Shown: positions 13,336-27,420, numbered from the whole stretch's first letter. The stretch: DNA of 63,123 nt, filler included, from Reticulomyxa filosa (GCA_000512085.1; 22 parts of 22 records of this genome joined end to end with filler, not necessarily neighbours in it); one strand, 5' to 3'. Made by a program: numbers and translations. Notes: a model not told the origin generated them from the sequence alone.

Positions 13336-13508
13336 TTATCCCCAAATATGAACCAAACCATTGTATGAACCATAACACAAACTAATATGTTTGTTATTAT
13401 TTTTTAATTGTAGTAATTTAATACATCTTATTTCATTATCTTTACTATCTCCATTGATCACATGCAATTCATTCTTATTTAATCGAATATCCCAAAAACG
13501 AATTGTAT
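13336..13508 (-). pseudogene. WD40 gene C-terminal fragment at the contig end
   Basis: TIRFWDIRLNKNELHVING...LCYGSYNGLVHIWG*, a paralogue of the 5429-5872 C-terminus. It could be the end of an intact gene. Confidence 0.7.
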
Positions 13509-16019
13509 NNNNNNNNNNNNNNNNNNNNNNNNNNNNNNNNNNNNNNNNNNNNTTAATTAATTAANNNNNNNNNNNNNNNNNNNNNNNNNNNNNNNNNNNN
13601 NNNNNNNNAGTTTTATAGCCCCCACAAACAAGGAGTTCATCTTTGAACAAAAGACATTGTGAATCCCTTAGTGGCTTGGGTAAGTCAGGCAAAGTTTGAA
13701 AGATGTTGTTGAGTTGAGTAGACATATCAGATGTGCTTTTTTTGAAGTATTCTGATAGTCCCTTTTTTTAGAACGCATATTTGGATATGAAAAATTGATA
13801 ATCTACTTGGAAATGATGAAATGTTTTTATTTTCAACAAATAATAATAATTTTAAAATTGTTTTAAAATTAATTTATTAAAATCTTGTTTGATTAGATGA
13901 ATAATGATTTGCAGATTTTTTGTTGAATTTCTTTGGATTATTTCTTTCTTGCTAAACAAAATTAAAAGATGAATTATCTCGTTGTGTTGAAAGAAAAAAG
14001 AAAAAGGAATTGACTATTGGGGCAGAGGAGGAAAAAAAGAAGATTTTATTTTCAAAAATTTTCAAGAGAGACAAAACCAAACTCAAATACTGAAGCTTAA
14101 ATTACAAATGATTTTTTAGTGAAAGATTAAAATGTATTAATAGAAAACAAAAGCAAAAAAAGGAGTAAATATGGTCTTTTTAAGTTTGGGTTATAATTTC
14201 AATACGTATTACTTTGTTCATTTATTAGACAGCTGTTTTCACTGCAAAAGTGTGATTAAAAATGCGTTTTTATCAACTTTTAAGACAACCCAGACTTGCT
14301 GATTTCCACACGACGAAAAAATAAAAAAATGGACAGTTTAGCATTGTACATGCCACATAATAATGTATTCGAAAATTAATTTCTCTGAAAAAGATATTTA
14401 CAAAAAAACTGGAGTGTGACATAGAATTTTTTTTGTGTTTGAAGAACCAAGAACTTCTACTCCAAGTTGAGGGGTTGATTAAAAAAAAGCCTACTGTATT
14501 GATTGAGATAAATAGATTTGGTTGTTGTATGAAGCATTAGCTGGATAATTTTTTTATTGTTTCAAGTCTGTGTGACCCACTCATTTTACGGCAAAGTTTT
14601 GTCGTTTCAACTGGGAATTTTTTTTGTAAATAATTTCAATAACCAAAAAGCGATTCAACGGATGACTGTTGCACGAAATCGTCAGAGCATTATTTACTCA
14701 GACCAAACTGATACAAAGAAAATACACATGTCTTTTTTTCTAAAAAGACGTGTTAACGCACAAAATCAAAGACCCAAAACGAGAAGATACAAAATAGTTT
14801 TTACTTCACCTCAGAAGAGCTGTTTCGTGAACAAATATTCTTGCTCAACTAAATTTCGAGTTTTGAGAAAGTAGTGNNNNNNNNNNNNNNNNNNNNNNNN
14901 NNNNNNNNNNNNNNNNNNNNTTAATTAATTAANNNNNNNNNNNNNNNNNNNNNNNNNNNNNNNNNNNNNNNNNNNNATGATATTTTTTTGATGGATTAAA
15001 TTATCCTTTATGTTTCAAAATCAGTGTACACATATTCAATTAAAAAAAATAAAATATTTTGCCACAGTCCATAACATTTATATATATGTATATCATTGGA
15101 GGAAAAGATGATGAAGAAATAACAGTATTGATTCCATAAAAATTAAACTACATATTTGGGATAATTCACAATTGATAATGATTTATTTATTTATAAAAAT
15201 AATTGACAAGTAAATATGGCTATAAAAATTAAACAACTAAAAAAAAAATATTTAAATTTTATATAAAAAAGATATAATTGGTAATTACTTTTAACACAAC
15301 AAAATATATAATTTTTAGAGATACAAGGTTGCCAAGGACTAATCTTGCAAATAAGTTTGTCGAATTATTGTTATACAAATATGCTGATATATCACTGTTT
15401 TGATCTTTTTATTTAAATTAAAAGATAAAAATTAATATTTTCAAGTGAAAGTTATTGTAAATTGGAACATAATATCTTTAAAATTGAAAACAAATCTGAC
15501 TTTCTTTATATATATTCCACAAAAAAATAAAGAATATTTCAAAAATTCATCACTGCTTTGTTCTTTATATCTCTCTCAGGCTCTATCTCTTATATCTAAA
15601 TCATTTTATGCATTATTTTTGTTGATAATAATCTTCATTTTTATTTCGGAATGTCGACAATTTGTAATGTATTTTTCAAACAAGTTGATTATAATTGATT
15701 ATTTTTATTTATTTGTGACATTTAATTTGTTTTTTTTTAATTATTTTATTTAGTGCAATCCTTTAAAGATTGGACACATTGTACATATTATTTTGTGATT
15801 GATTTAATTGTCACAATAATATTATTATTATCACATTATAATCACATTATAATCTCATTGTTTGTTTTTTTTTATCAAGTTTTTCATTAGTCGATATTTT
15901 CAAATCCGATAATAAAGTCTTGATGCATCAAATGATCGATAGACATAGAGAGATAGAGACAAAGAGAGATATATAGAGATAGCGATGACGATATATTATC
16001 ACAATATTCTATTACGATA

Positions 16020-16401
16020 CATTACCAACTTTGTAATATTAGTCGGTACTTTTGTTGGTAAGAGCGTTAGTAACAAAATTGGAGCCTTGTTGCGGACTCT
16101 GATAGGACGACGATTATGTCCACGAGTTGGCCTTCTTGCTGATGTCTTTGGTTGGTCTTGTGGTAGCATTGATTAGTCTTCTTGTTGATAACAAGGTTGG
16201 AACCCTATGTTTTTTTAAAAAAACAGAGCCATTTGTTTCATAATATTTTCATTCAAAAAACAAAAAAGAAATGATAATTATAAAAAAATATACTTTGTGG
16301 GGCTACTGGTTGGAAGGCGTGTCGGTTTTTTGGTTGGTACTCTTGTTGGTAAGAGTGTTGGTAACAAAGTCGGAGCCTTGGTGGGAACTCTGGTAGGACG
16401 A
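16020..16401 (-). repeat. Coding Pro/Thr (xxPT)n repeat region of a truncated gene
   Basis: The minus strand reads RPTRVPTKAPTLLPTLLPTRVPTKKPTRLPTSSPTK. A second, partly degenerate block lies at 16020-16210. Confidence 0.6.
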
Positions 16402-16567
16402 NNNNNNNNNNNNNNNNNNNNNNNNNNNNNNNNNNNNNNNNNNNNTTAATTAATTAANNNNNNNNNNNNNNNNNNNNNNNNNNNNNNNNNNNNNNNNNNN
16501 NATATGTATATATCTTTTTAAATAAATTGTTCTATCAAACGTGATTTGCTATGTGATGCAAAAAAAG

Positions 16568-18220
16568 GGTACCCTCCTCAAATCTCATTGCAAGAGTTCA
16601 GCGCAGAAGAGCAGCTGCAAATAGCAATGGGGGCGTATGGGCCACACCACACGCTGTTTTCCGATTGGTTCGTCGTCGTGGACAACAAAAAAGAGACAAA
16701 AGATCAAAGCACGGCCAAGGCCAGAATCATCGGCGATCGCTTGGTGTTTGAAGGCTTTCTGCACCATTCCGGATTGGAATTTGGTCATCGATTGCGTCAC
16801 AAAGGTGAGTACAAAAAAAAGAGGAATTATATATATATATATATATGTATATATAATTCCTCTGATTACATCAATATTATGTAAATACAAATGATATAAC
16901 GTGCAGTGAATGAGCACATTGGATTTTGCAATTTGGTGTCACACGAATTTATTCCGGAGTGGGATCTACGTCCGTACGGCAGTGTAGCACTGAAATTACG
17001 TACTGACGGCAGGCCTTATCTGCTGGTATTGGAATGCTCGGCCATGAACACAATCTATCAAATGGCCGGAGTGATCCATTTGCCACCGACGCCGGACAAA
17101 GAGTGGGATTACTACGAAATCCCAATGGACCACTTTCGTCCATTTGATCGTGGCGAGTTTGTGCATGGCGAAAAGTGGATGAACACAAAGTGGCTTCGAG
17201 GCATTGGGATCATGGCCATTGGAAAGACGGGGCCGTTTCACTTGGAAGTCAAGTGGATTCGCGCATTTTCCAACGAAGCCAGGTTCGACGTGGAAGACGA
17301 GGAAATGCTGTTCATTCAAGATTTGGACGCAATGGGCTTGAGTCAATCCGAGCTGGCCAAGTTCCATTTGATTCAGCATCAATACTTTTATCCCGACTTC
17401 CCAAATCCTTTTCAATTTGAAGACGATGGTGTCTTTGAAGTGCAAACTTACTTGGGACCCGCCAGGATTCAAAGACAAGTGTTTGCCAAAATGGACCCCG
17501 ATTTGATCAAATATGTCGATGCGCCTGATTTATTACCTATCCCTTCTACTGTTGCTAAAGACATGCAACTCATTGATGGTTTGTTTTTTTTTTCCAACAT
17601 TTTGACTCATTTTTATTAAATAAATAAATAAATTTATTTTATTGTGTGTGTGTTTTTTTTTTTTTTTTTTCTTGTGGCTTAAAAAAAAAAATTAATAGAT
17701 GACTCTTTGATGCAACTTCAAGCTGGTATTTCTCGAAAAATGTTAGCCGAAACAAAGGCGATTCAAAAATATTATCGCCAAGATGGTGAACTAATTCAAG
17801 ACGTCACCAATGAATATTTGGTATGTCTTTTTGTGATTTTCTTTAAAACATTATATACATATACAATATATGCATATATATGTACATATATATATATATA
17901 TATATATATGTATATGTATTATGTATATAATTTGAAATAAAATATACGCTATTGCTTTGTCTGCTTGCTTATGTAATATGCTCTTCAAACAATCCACTCA
18001 ACAGTTCAAACAGCTGCGGCATGAACACACGTCTGTAACCCCTTCGTTTTTTACGATTGACGAAAAATTCGCAAAGGTCCCCTTTGCGTTTGACGACATT
18101 ACAAGCACTCCCAATTCCAACATTACCTGTCCCAGCTTCCGCAGAAGAAAGCTTATTAATGAACTTGTCATGCCGCACCTGAGAGAACGAGATCCTGGCA
18201 ATTCGCCATGGCTGCTTTAA
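16568..18220 (+). CDS. CIA30/NDUFAF1-like complex I assembly factor (5' partial, multi-exon)
   Basis: WFVVVD...STA, VFEG, GFCNL, WDLRPYGSVALKLRTDGRPY, W..YEIPM..F and GPFHLEVKWIRA are CIA30 domain motifs. A long C-terminal extension follows. Confidence 0.75.
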
Positions 18221-18943
18221 AGATATTTTGTTTTATTTATTTGCTTTTTTTCCCCCTCTCCACGAAAAAAATAATAATAAACAATTGTACTTGTACTCTA
18301 TGTACACACAACTCATTTTGATTTTTGAACACATCAATTGAACCAAGTAAACTGGTTTTCAGCATTTGCATTTATCTTCGCTATCTATCAGTATTAGTAC
18401 TTTTTTTTTTTTTTTCTACAATAATCCGAGATGTTTTCTTAAACAATACGCAAAAAAAAAAAAAAGAATAAATTTTTGTTACAAAAGAAGTGAACGCATT
18501 GCTTTTGCAATTTTGGAATTCTTCGCAGTGCAACGACTCGGCGACTTTGGCATTTTGCTCTTTTAGCATTTTGAAAAAACGCAATTAGGTGAGTTAAGCT
18601 TCGAAACAAACGTAATATTGTAAAAACCGTTTTTGGCAGTGTTCTTAGGTTTACTTGGGTACTGATTGATAAGCTTATGTATGCACATGTTTTTAGAAAA
18701 AAAGGGAGAAGACGAACAAAGCCACAGGACGAACAATTGGCTTACAGTTAAAGTGGGATGTATTTGAGAGATAATGACACGACATAGAATGATATAGTTT
18801 TTTTTTTTTTTTTAATTTGCATGAAAAAAAAAAAAGATGAGAGNNNNNNNNNNNNNNNNNNNNNNNNNNNNNNNNNNNNNNNNNNNNTTAATTAATTAAN
18901 NNNNNNNNNNNNNNNNNNNNNNNNNNNNNNNNNNNNNNNNNNN

Positions 18944-19809
18944 TCGGACTGTTTTATCATGTGAGCCTGATACAATAAATTGTCCATCTGGAGAAAATCT
19001 TGCACACATGACAGTGCCAGAGTGTCCTTTCAATTCTTTTAATTTTTCACCTGACTCCACATCCCATAAAACAATTGTTCTGTCATGAGATGATGATACA
19101 ATCATTTGATCATCCGGTGAAAATTGTATACTCGATACAGTACTTTGATGACCTGGCAGTTGTTGAATTATTTGTCCAGAATCGACACTCCATATTCGTA
19201 TAGCACCATCATTGTAACTAATTAGAATTTTTTTACCATCTGAAGAAAAGTCCATATCTAATAATTGTCCTTCATATACATCCAATACCACTTTACTTCC
19301 TGAATTCACATCCCATAATTCAATGGAGCCGTACAATGCACCTAAGGCAACAGTATCCCCATTTGGTGAAAATATTGCAATATTACTAAAGCATTTTGCC
19401 TCAAAATGCCTTAGCTGTTGTTTAGATTCTAAGTCCCATATTCGAACTGTTTTATCATCTGCTGCTGAAATAATATAACCACCATCAGGTGAAAATTTTA
19501 CGCTTCTTATCGTGGCCTTATGTTCTTTTAATATTTTCCACGATTTATATTTAGTCTGCATTTTGGATTTGTTGGTAATGTTTGGTAGAGTCTGAAATAA
19601 CAACAAAATACATATACACATATATACGTATACACTAACATATTGAAGAATGATTTTGTCGAGATCATTTGCCCATTCCAAATTAATATCCAAAGTTCGG
19701 ACCCAATGTCTGATTATTTTCACTTCATTTGATTTTCGCTTTGTGCGTTGATCCGTAGCGCCTTTTTTTTTTTCCCCTGATATGTTTTGAATATCGCACT
19801 ATTTCCCAT
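18944..19809 (-). CDS. HWIR module + WD40-repeat protein (3' truncated)
   Basis: KIIRHWVRTLDINLEWANDLDKIILQY is followed by a GTTAG donor, then at least 5 WD40 repeats (FSPDG...VRIWD). Probable start MGNSAIF at 19809. Confidence 0.85.
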
Positions 19810-20560
19810 TTCAGTTTGAAATGAATCAATTCGTGATACAGAATAAAGATACTGATTAATTGAAATTAAAAGCTGAGCTTAAGCCTATTGTGCCCCCAGA
19901 ACAGAACTAAAAAAAAACGCGATACTTAACTCCTGACATTTGAACATCTTTAAACTAAATATTATTCTTTCAAAATTTCCGAGAAATATGTATACTTATT
20001 TGCTAATGGAACTTTTTATTAGTGTGAGAAAACATTTATTTCAATGTATGTCCTTTCAGATTTAAAAAGGCTTAGTTGGAGACAAGTCATTACTTTATTG
20101 ATGGTCAAGAAATAGGTTTATTAGTCCATAATTGATTTATTTTGTTGTACGCATACAATTGGTTCAGTGTTATTATCTTTTCTTTAAAACTTTTAGTTGT
20201 TTGTGTAAATTTCCTTACCCCAAGTTTATTATGATAACAAGGACATGATACCAAAACATTTATGACTCGAAAGCAAGTAAAAATATTTAAAATTTCAACT
20301 GACTAAGACTCTAAAAAGAGGACAATTGTTTGCCATTGTAAGAATAAAACGACAAAGAAGACACCGCAAAAGATCAAGCGTACTACCTTCGTGAGTCCTT
20401 TCCAAGCTAGTTTGCGGCATTGGCACAAAAGGAGGGAGCATAGGATAATGGAGATTTCTTGCACCAAAAAAAAAAAAAAAAAAGAGTCATTCATCGCTCC
20501 ATCCTGTAAGTGAAAAATATTTATTACTTACGCTATTGCCATTAATTTTAAAAAAAAGAT

Positions 20561-23267
20561 TCAGGAAAGCCCAGGCAAATAACTGTTGACAATACCACCT
20601 ACATCATTTCCAAGCAAGTCTGTCAACAGTTGTTTGCGTATAGGTAAAGCCTTCACCAGCTTGTATCGCCGCTTGGCGTTGGGCAAGAACTTTGCTGCGC
20701 CACCAAAGAATACATGACCAGGGTTTATGTGCCTTGTACAAACAAACAAACAAAAACCATACATACTATGTACATATATATATATATATATTATATATAT
20801 GTGTATACATACATGTATGTACATATAATTGAACACAAAAAAAAAACAAACCAGAAAAGATAATTGACTTGAACCATTGGACGAAGAAAGAGAAAAAAGA
20901 GAAGTAAGAAAAAGTAGTAAACGCAAGTAAGGGCAATTTGCAATATCCCTACGTGCGACCATAGGCCAAACCAAGATACGTAAACGATAAAGATAACAGG
21001 GAACAACACAGTGACAAAACGGGAGAGCAGATACAGCGGGACCAATACAAACGTCAGTCCGAACACACAAACGATAGAGAAGATGTGAGAAGGGCCCATT
21101 TCACTTGAACATTCCAAAGCAATTGAGAGTTCGTCTTTGCTTATCTTCCACGCTTTCAAATAGTAGCGCATGAGTTCTGTGGCGACACAATACATGGTTC
21201 CAATGGTTTACAGCGCTGCTTGTCAATCCCTTTCAAAGGGATTGAAGGTCAAGTCTCGCATTCTTATAACAACAATAATCATAACAGTAATAAAAAAAAA
21301 AGAAAATATACCAGACATAAAGGAAGCGCGACCAGCTTGTCGCAGAGACCTTAGCGTGACGCGAGAGTACAAAGTCTCGGCCTCTTTGTCCAAATACCAC
21401 CTAAGATAACCGAAGCTATGATTGATACAAGCCATACGTAGGGCCACATCATTGTCATTATCGGGTCCCTCTTGCAAAAATAACCGCAATTGTCGCACTC
21501 CTTCATATTCTCTGCTGGATTCTTTTTTTTTTTTAAAAAAAATTACATTTGTAATATGTTTGCATTGTCAGACAGAGTGTTGACATTGAAAATAGAAATT
21601 GGAAAACTGCAAATGACATGTCTTGTCAGTATACAGTAAACAACAAATGCAAGGATACTGCAATGCACAATTTCCATACTTTGTATATATATATATATAT
21701 ACATGTACATATATACATATATATTTATTTATATATAATTTTTTTTAAAAAAAAAAAATTATGAACATACATAAAAACATACGTATATACACATATTTAT
21801 GTATAAAACAAACAGGATTGCCAAAATGAAAAGACTGTTGACAAGTAGAAAAAGCGCAGCGACAAGGACGATAAGACCAGGTACGAGGAGAAGGACCCAG
21901 AAGCAGAGTGTGCAGCAAAAGCCGTAGTTTCCAATGACGCCCTGCATCTGAAACGCGAGGAAGAGGGGCACTGCAAAGAAGACGTTGCCGGCGATCCAGG
22001 CAACGACGGGGAGGACTGCGAAATACACTTTGTAATAAAACAGAGTCCTCATTAAATTATACGTATGTCCGTTCACAGTCGGCACATGGCCTATCAACGC
22101 GACAATGAAAAATACACCTACAATGTCTTTTGTTGTGCATCCAAACGACCATCTTGCATTGTTATTATCCACGGATAAAAGCAGCGTATACAAACCTGTG
22201 ATCAAGCAAAGACAAATCCAAATGGAAGTGCGTGTTTCATTGCCAATGTGGATGAGCAGCATTTTCGAGGAAACGTTGACAATAGTAACCGCGATGAAAA
22301 CGACGGAGATTAACTTGACCTCGTTATACATTAGCATCGCGATCATTTGCAATATTGCTTGCGGGAACGCTGAGAGAGAGAGAGATAGAGAGCAAAGTAC
22401 ATACACAAATAAAACAATCTTTTTACACACTGGCTATACGTACCTTGCAAAAAAAAAAGTACAAACCTTCAAAGGTTGCTTCGATCATAAAACCTATCTT
22501 TTTTTTTTTTAAATAAAAAAAAAAAAAGAAAAAAAAAAAAAAAAAAAGTATACGTAGTTGCAATGTGCACGACTCAAGCGACCTACAAACATTTTTTTTT
22601 TTCCAGAGCCAAGCAAAACTATAACAACTGGGTGTTGTTTTTTTTTCGAAAGTAGAGACACTCAATCTTCAATAGCAACTCACATGTGCTCGCATCGTTT
22701 TCTCCAACCATCTGTGTTTTGTTATTTAATATACTCACTTTCGAACAAAAAGAGGAGAGGAAGAGGAGAAGGAAATGGGAAAAAAAAAACAAAAACAAAA
22801 AACTGTTTCGATCTGTCTCCATTGTAAAATACAAAATAAGAAGCGGCCTCAAGACCCAAGTTTGCAATAAACTGCGTAAATTTCGAGCTTGCATCTCTTG
22901 TCAGATAGAACACAAATGGCACTGTCCACGACAGCGGAAGTGTGATGAAAAACCACATAATCCGCTCCATCCCTGGGTGTGTGTCACAATACCTTAGCAC
23001 AAATGTGATACAATATATCACGTGTGCCAATGATGATATCACCAAACTCAAATAAAAAAATCCAAATCGCTCTTTCGTGTGAAAGTCCACTAACATGTAT
23101 ATAATTGCTATTGATGTTGCCACGCTTGTCAGTATATTCGCAATATCGTACATTGTGTTCCATAATTCTGCCACCCTCGACGCTTGTACTTTTTTCATGT
23201 TTGTGTTGTTTTGCTGTTCTTGATGTTGTCGTTGAGTTTGTTCTCTGAACACTCCTTTCAAAACCAA
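20561..23267 (-). CDS. Multi-pass membrane protein with an XK-related-like N-terminal region, multi-exon
   Basis: Many hydrophobic segments. The spliced junction GFMIEATFE|AFPQAILQ resembles the XK-family ExxxESxPQxxLQ motif. The exon structure is approximate. Confidence 0.55.
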
Positions 23268-23715
23268 GTCATACCTTTAGTTTGTGATTTTTGTAACATT
23301 GACTTTAACCTCTATAAGGAGATATCAAGGGAGAACTTTTCAAGGTTAAAAATTCCTTTTTAAAAGTTAAGTTTTCCTTAGTTTTTCTTTTTTTGTTTGT
23401 TTTGTGATTTTCTACGATACTCTTCGAGGAGACAAAGATTTCTAAATTACTGTTTAATTGATTGATGTCTTTGCTATCTCGCTTAATAACAACTAACAAT
23501 TTAGACAACTATACCATCACTCAAAAAAAAATTGGTATGTTTGCACCTTTTTATTGGTGTCATTAAACTGTTTTTGTCAATAAAAAAGCCCACCTTTTTT
23601 TTTTTGCAAGTTTTTCACCTTTTTCCATTGCCCTTATTTAGTTCTATAGATTATAAATTGCGATCATTGCACTTAAGCACCAGAAGGTAAATAAGAGAAA
23701 AATCGAAAAGAATAA

Positions 23716-24274
23716 ATGAATGTTAAAGACAAAGGAGAAGTGACGAGTATATCAGCCAACAAAAACTTGGTTTTGGCCAAGGGGTTTGTAGGTCTGATTT
23801 GCGAACGATTTGTGAACGATTCGGTAGGATTCAATATCCGTCGGTACGAAGATTTGAGGAGACCAGTAGTTGTTGAGAAGGATTGTCGTGAAAAGCTTAA
23901 AATTGGAATTGAAGCAGATGACAAGTATTGCTATTATATTAGAAAACCAAAGCTCTCAGGAGGGATGTTTAGAAGAAATAAGAAAAAGAAGGTTCCTGAG
24001 CTTCCTGAGCCAGTCCAATTGGTAAGTGTTGCACAATGAGAGTATCTGTAATTGTTAATATATACATATATGCACATACATTCATATATAAATTGTCAAA
24101 TATCAAATATATAAATTACAAAACCGTAAACATTGTACAAGGCTTGTTAATTTGTAGTAACTGTGAAAAAAACAGACTAAAGAAGATGTAAAAAGAATAA
24201 TAAAGTATTGGCTTTTGCTATTGTCGATAAAGATTGGATGGATTAATGATTTTGACAAAATCGTGTCACAATAC
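23716..24274 (+). CDS. 5' part of a gene with an unknown N-terminal domain + HWIR module
   Basis: A 102-aa first exon ends VQL|GTAAGT. Exon 24176-24274 is TKEDVKRIIKYWLLLLSIKIGWINDFDKIVSQY. Truncated by the contig end. Confidence 0.7.
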
Positions 24275-24443
24275 GTTCAGTGTGTTCGAAGTTGTTTTTT
24301 TTTTGCACATTGACATTTTGTGTGTTGACATTTTGTGTGTTGANNNNNNNNNNNNNNNNNNNNNNNNNNNNNNNNNNNNNNNNNNNNTTAATTAATTAAN
24401 NNNNNNNNNNNNNNNNNNNNNNNNNNNNNNNNNNNNNNNNNNN

Positions 24444-26053
24444 TTGGATCCAAACTTCCAACCCTGACTGTTTCTCATTATATTTCGTTTGAGCGTTATC
24501 CAATAATTGTTTGGTTAATTCAATCACTTTTTTACTAATTGTTTCGTCTTTTAATGAAACCTTTTTTTTTTAACAAAAAAAGAAATAGTTTACATGGTTT
24601 GTCTCATTCAAATAAAATAAAAAAATAAAAATAATTGACAAAACATTCCAAAGGATGTCAATTAAACATGACAGCATTTCCTTGCAATAAAATATTTTGT
24701 CAATGTATAGTTCGATTGTCTCCAGCAAATTATCATCACTTTTCCAACTGTTTTTTTTTTTTTTATTGTTTGTAATTTTTTTAACTTTAGACTTTGTTTA
24801 TCTGCTAAAGACAAAAAACAAAAAAAAAAGGACATATTACATAATGCATTGCTTTTGAACAAAAGCAAAGAAATTGAAGAGTTGCTCAGGTGATTTTGTC
24901 ACCAATTGTTGAAATGTGATATTGACATTGAAATTATTGAAAAAAGTGACTCGAACTTTGCCATCTTCAAAAATCTTAACAATTTGAAGTCGCTCGATAA
25001 ATTTATTCCACATCGAAAAATCATTTCGAAATGCGATGCACATGACTTGCCAGCATTTGTCGCCATTGTCCGATTTGCAAATATTGTTCCATATCTCTTC
25101 ACTTTGTGCAAATAGAAACTCCAAAACAGATTGACTTTCTTCTGGGTAGTGTTGCAGCAATTCTATCACATACTCCTCTACATCACGTCTTTGTAGATGT
25201 GTAGCTGCATCATTTCCTGCTTTGCGAAGAGTAAAATCAGTCTTTAAAATGGATATAAGCTTTTTTTTGTCAAGATCGTCGTATTTACCATCGGAAGTAG
25301 CACCATCTTTAAACTTGTTGGGAAAGCCGCTTGTCAGAGGGTTGTCTTTGACTAAAAACGACAAATAATTGATGCATGGGAGAAGAAACACCAATTGTAA
25401 CTTTGAAAGATTTTGACAGTAATGTCCCTGCAAATCTCTTTGCAACACCTTGCGAACTGTATTGTTGTTTTGATGCTATTATTTTGAATAAGACTTTGAA
25501 CGAGATAAATAACTGCCAAGGAGACAACAATTCATTTTCTTCTACCAGGATACGTAGCAACATATATTGGAGTATCTTTTTTTTTTTTAAATTTAATAAA
25601 CGTTATAATTTTCTGTTTTTTTTTTTTTTTTACAAAAAAAAAAAAAAAAAGATTTGTTGTAGAACAAACTGGTATCAAATTAATAGTAGATTTCTCCAAT
25701 TCTCTTTTGATCCCTTCCAACATGTCGCAAGACAATTCTGGTAATGCCTTTTCGATCACTGAACTCAGATTATTTTTTGCTTCAAGTGCAAATTCCAAAG
25801 ATGGCCAATCTGTGATATTATCTATCAAATGATTAAACACGGTAGTCTCAAATGCAATTGGCACTTTTTCTGTTTCTTTTGGCCGTCGGAGTAAATACAT
25901 TTTACAATTGTCATCTACATTGTTCCATGCGTTGTTGTATTGAAATGAAATTGGACTATCTTGCTCCACTTGAAACTCGCCAACGAAAATGTTATCACCA
26001 ATCTTTTGTAAGCGACACTCTAAATCATGATTTATGTGTTGAAAAATATCCAT
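24444..26053 (-). CDS. Internal exons of a large hypothetical protein
   Basis: Successive long minus-strand ORFs (25532-26053, 24837-25448 and smaller exons) are separated by poly-A/T introns. No confident family. Confidence 0.55.
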
Positions 26054-26286
26054 TGAAAAAGAAATAAGAAATGGAGTGATACTTCATTTTTTTTATTAAA
26101 AAAAAAAAAAAAGCTGACTTTGTTGATCATGTGAAAATGAAATAACAGGTTGATCAGTTTGTGTCACGAAAGCATAAATTCGAAAANNNNNNNNNNNNNN
26201 NNNNNNNNNNNNNNNNNNNNNNNNNNNNNNTTAATTAATTAANNNNNNNNNNNNNNNNNNNNNNNNNNNNNNNNNNNNNNNNNNNN

Positions 26287-26647
26287 TCGGGGAACTCGAG
26301 CAAATCGAGCAAGTCGAGCAAGTCGAGCAAGAGCGACGACGTCGAGAGCAAGAGCAACGAGGACAACAGAAACGAGGGCAAAAGCAAAAGCGACGGGACC
26401 AAAGAAAAGAAAGCGAAGCGCAGACATGGCCGGCAACGAGGAAACAATAAATGAGACCGCCGCATGTGGGGAATTGATGAGAGCGATGTTGTACGAGACG
26501 CAAGACGTGAGGCCATTGGACAAAAAAAAGTTGAGCGAAAGAGTGTTTGCGAATAAAGCAGCAATAAAACGGCCTCAAGTGTACAGATCAATGCAATCGA
26601 GAATGTCACAACTGTTTGGTATGATGTATGGCGACCCCTTTGAAAAA

Positions 26648-26678
<31 letters not shown>

Positions 26679-27420
26679 CATGTTGTATATATAAATAAGT
26701 ACGTATACATATGTATATGTGTATATGTATACGTACATATATATATGCTTTTTAAATAATTAAAAAAAAAAAAAAATGAGTTAGGAATCGACGTAAAAGA
26801 ACATCGATATAAACTCTTTCTTCGCATCGAACCATTTGATAATGCGAGGGATCATCCATCAATGTCCGCGGAAGAACGCAACGAGTTGCGGAAGTATCAC
26901 GGACAGCAGTTAATCGAAAGCGAAGTTCGGTCGCATAAACACCTTCGTGCGCTCATTAGTTTGGTGTTGTCGTTCATCATTCTAAAAGGTGGGTCTGCTT
27001 CCAAAAGCGACCTGGAAGAAGAGCTTTTTTGGCAAGATCGACTGCAGTAACATTGAGTGGCCGACCATCCATGGAAAGCATATCAACAGCTGGGACAAGT
27101 TGCTGCAAGAAATGAAGATTTGCAAGTGGATCACTGAATGCCACGATCAAAACAACGGTGCAATATCGCAAGCTGCGCAACATGACGAAGACATCGATCA
27201 CACCGACCTTGTTCGTTACAAACTCGGATTGCGCAGCTATTTTGAAACCACCAAAGCCAACTTGTACGAGTGCATGTACGAATGGAAGTATCAAACTTTG
27301 TGTGATCCCAATAATGATCACCCTTTGGAAAGGTTGTTGAAAGAGCAAGAAATGGAGTGGAAAGAAATTATTGGAGAAGAAGAAGAAGAAGAAAGAAAGA
27401 GAAGAAGAAAGTGCTTCACA
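26287..27420 (+). CDS. MAGE-domain protein (NSE3-like, SMC5/6 subunit)
   Basis: First winged-helix-like part LMRAMLYE...PLDKKKL...MSQLFG. Second part LISLVLSFIILKGG...YKLGLRSYFETTKANLY (cf. MAGE WGPRAxxETSKxxVL). One frameshift lies in the T run near 27025. Confidence 0.7.

Noticed and set aside
24444-26186. RNF213-like giant ATPase fragment
   Set aside because: Only a vague impression; no Walker or RING motif lies within the contig.
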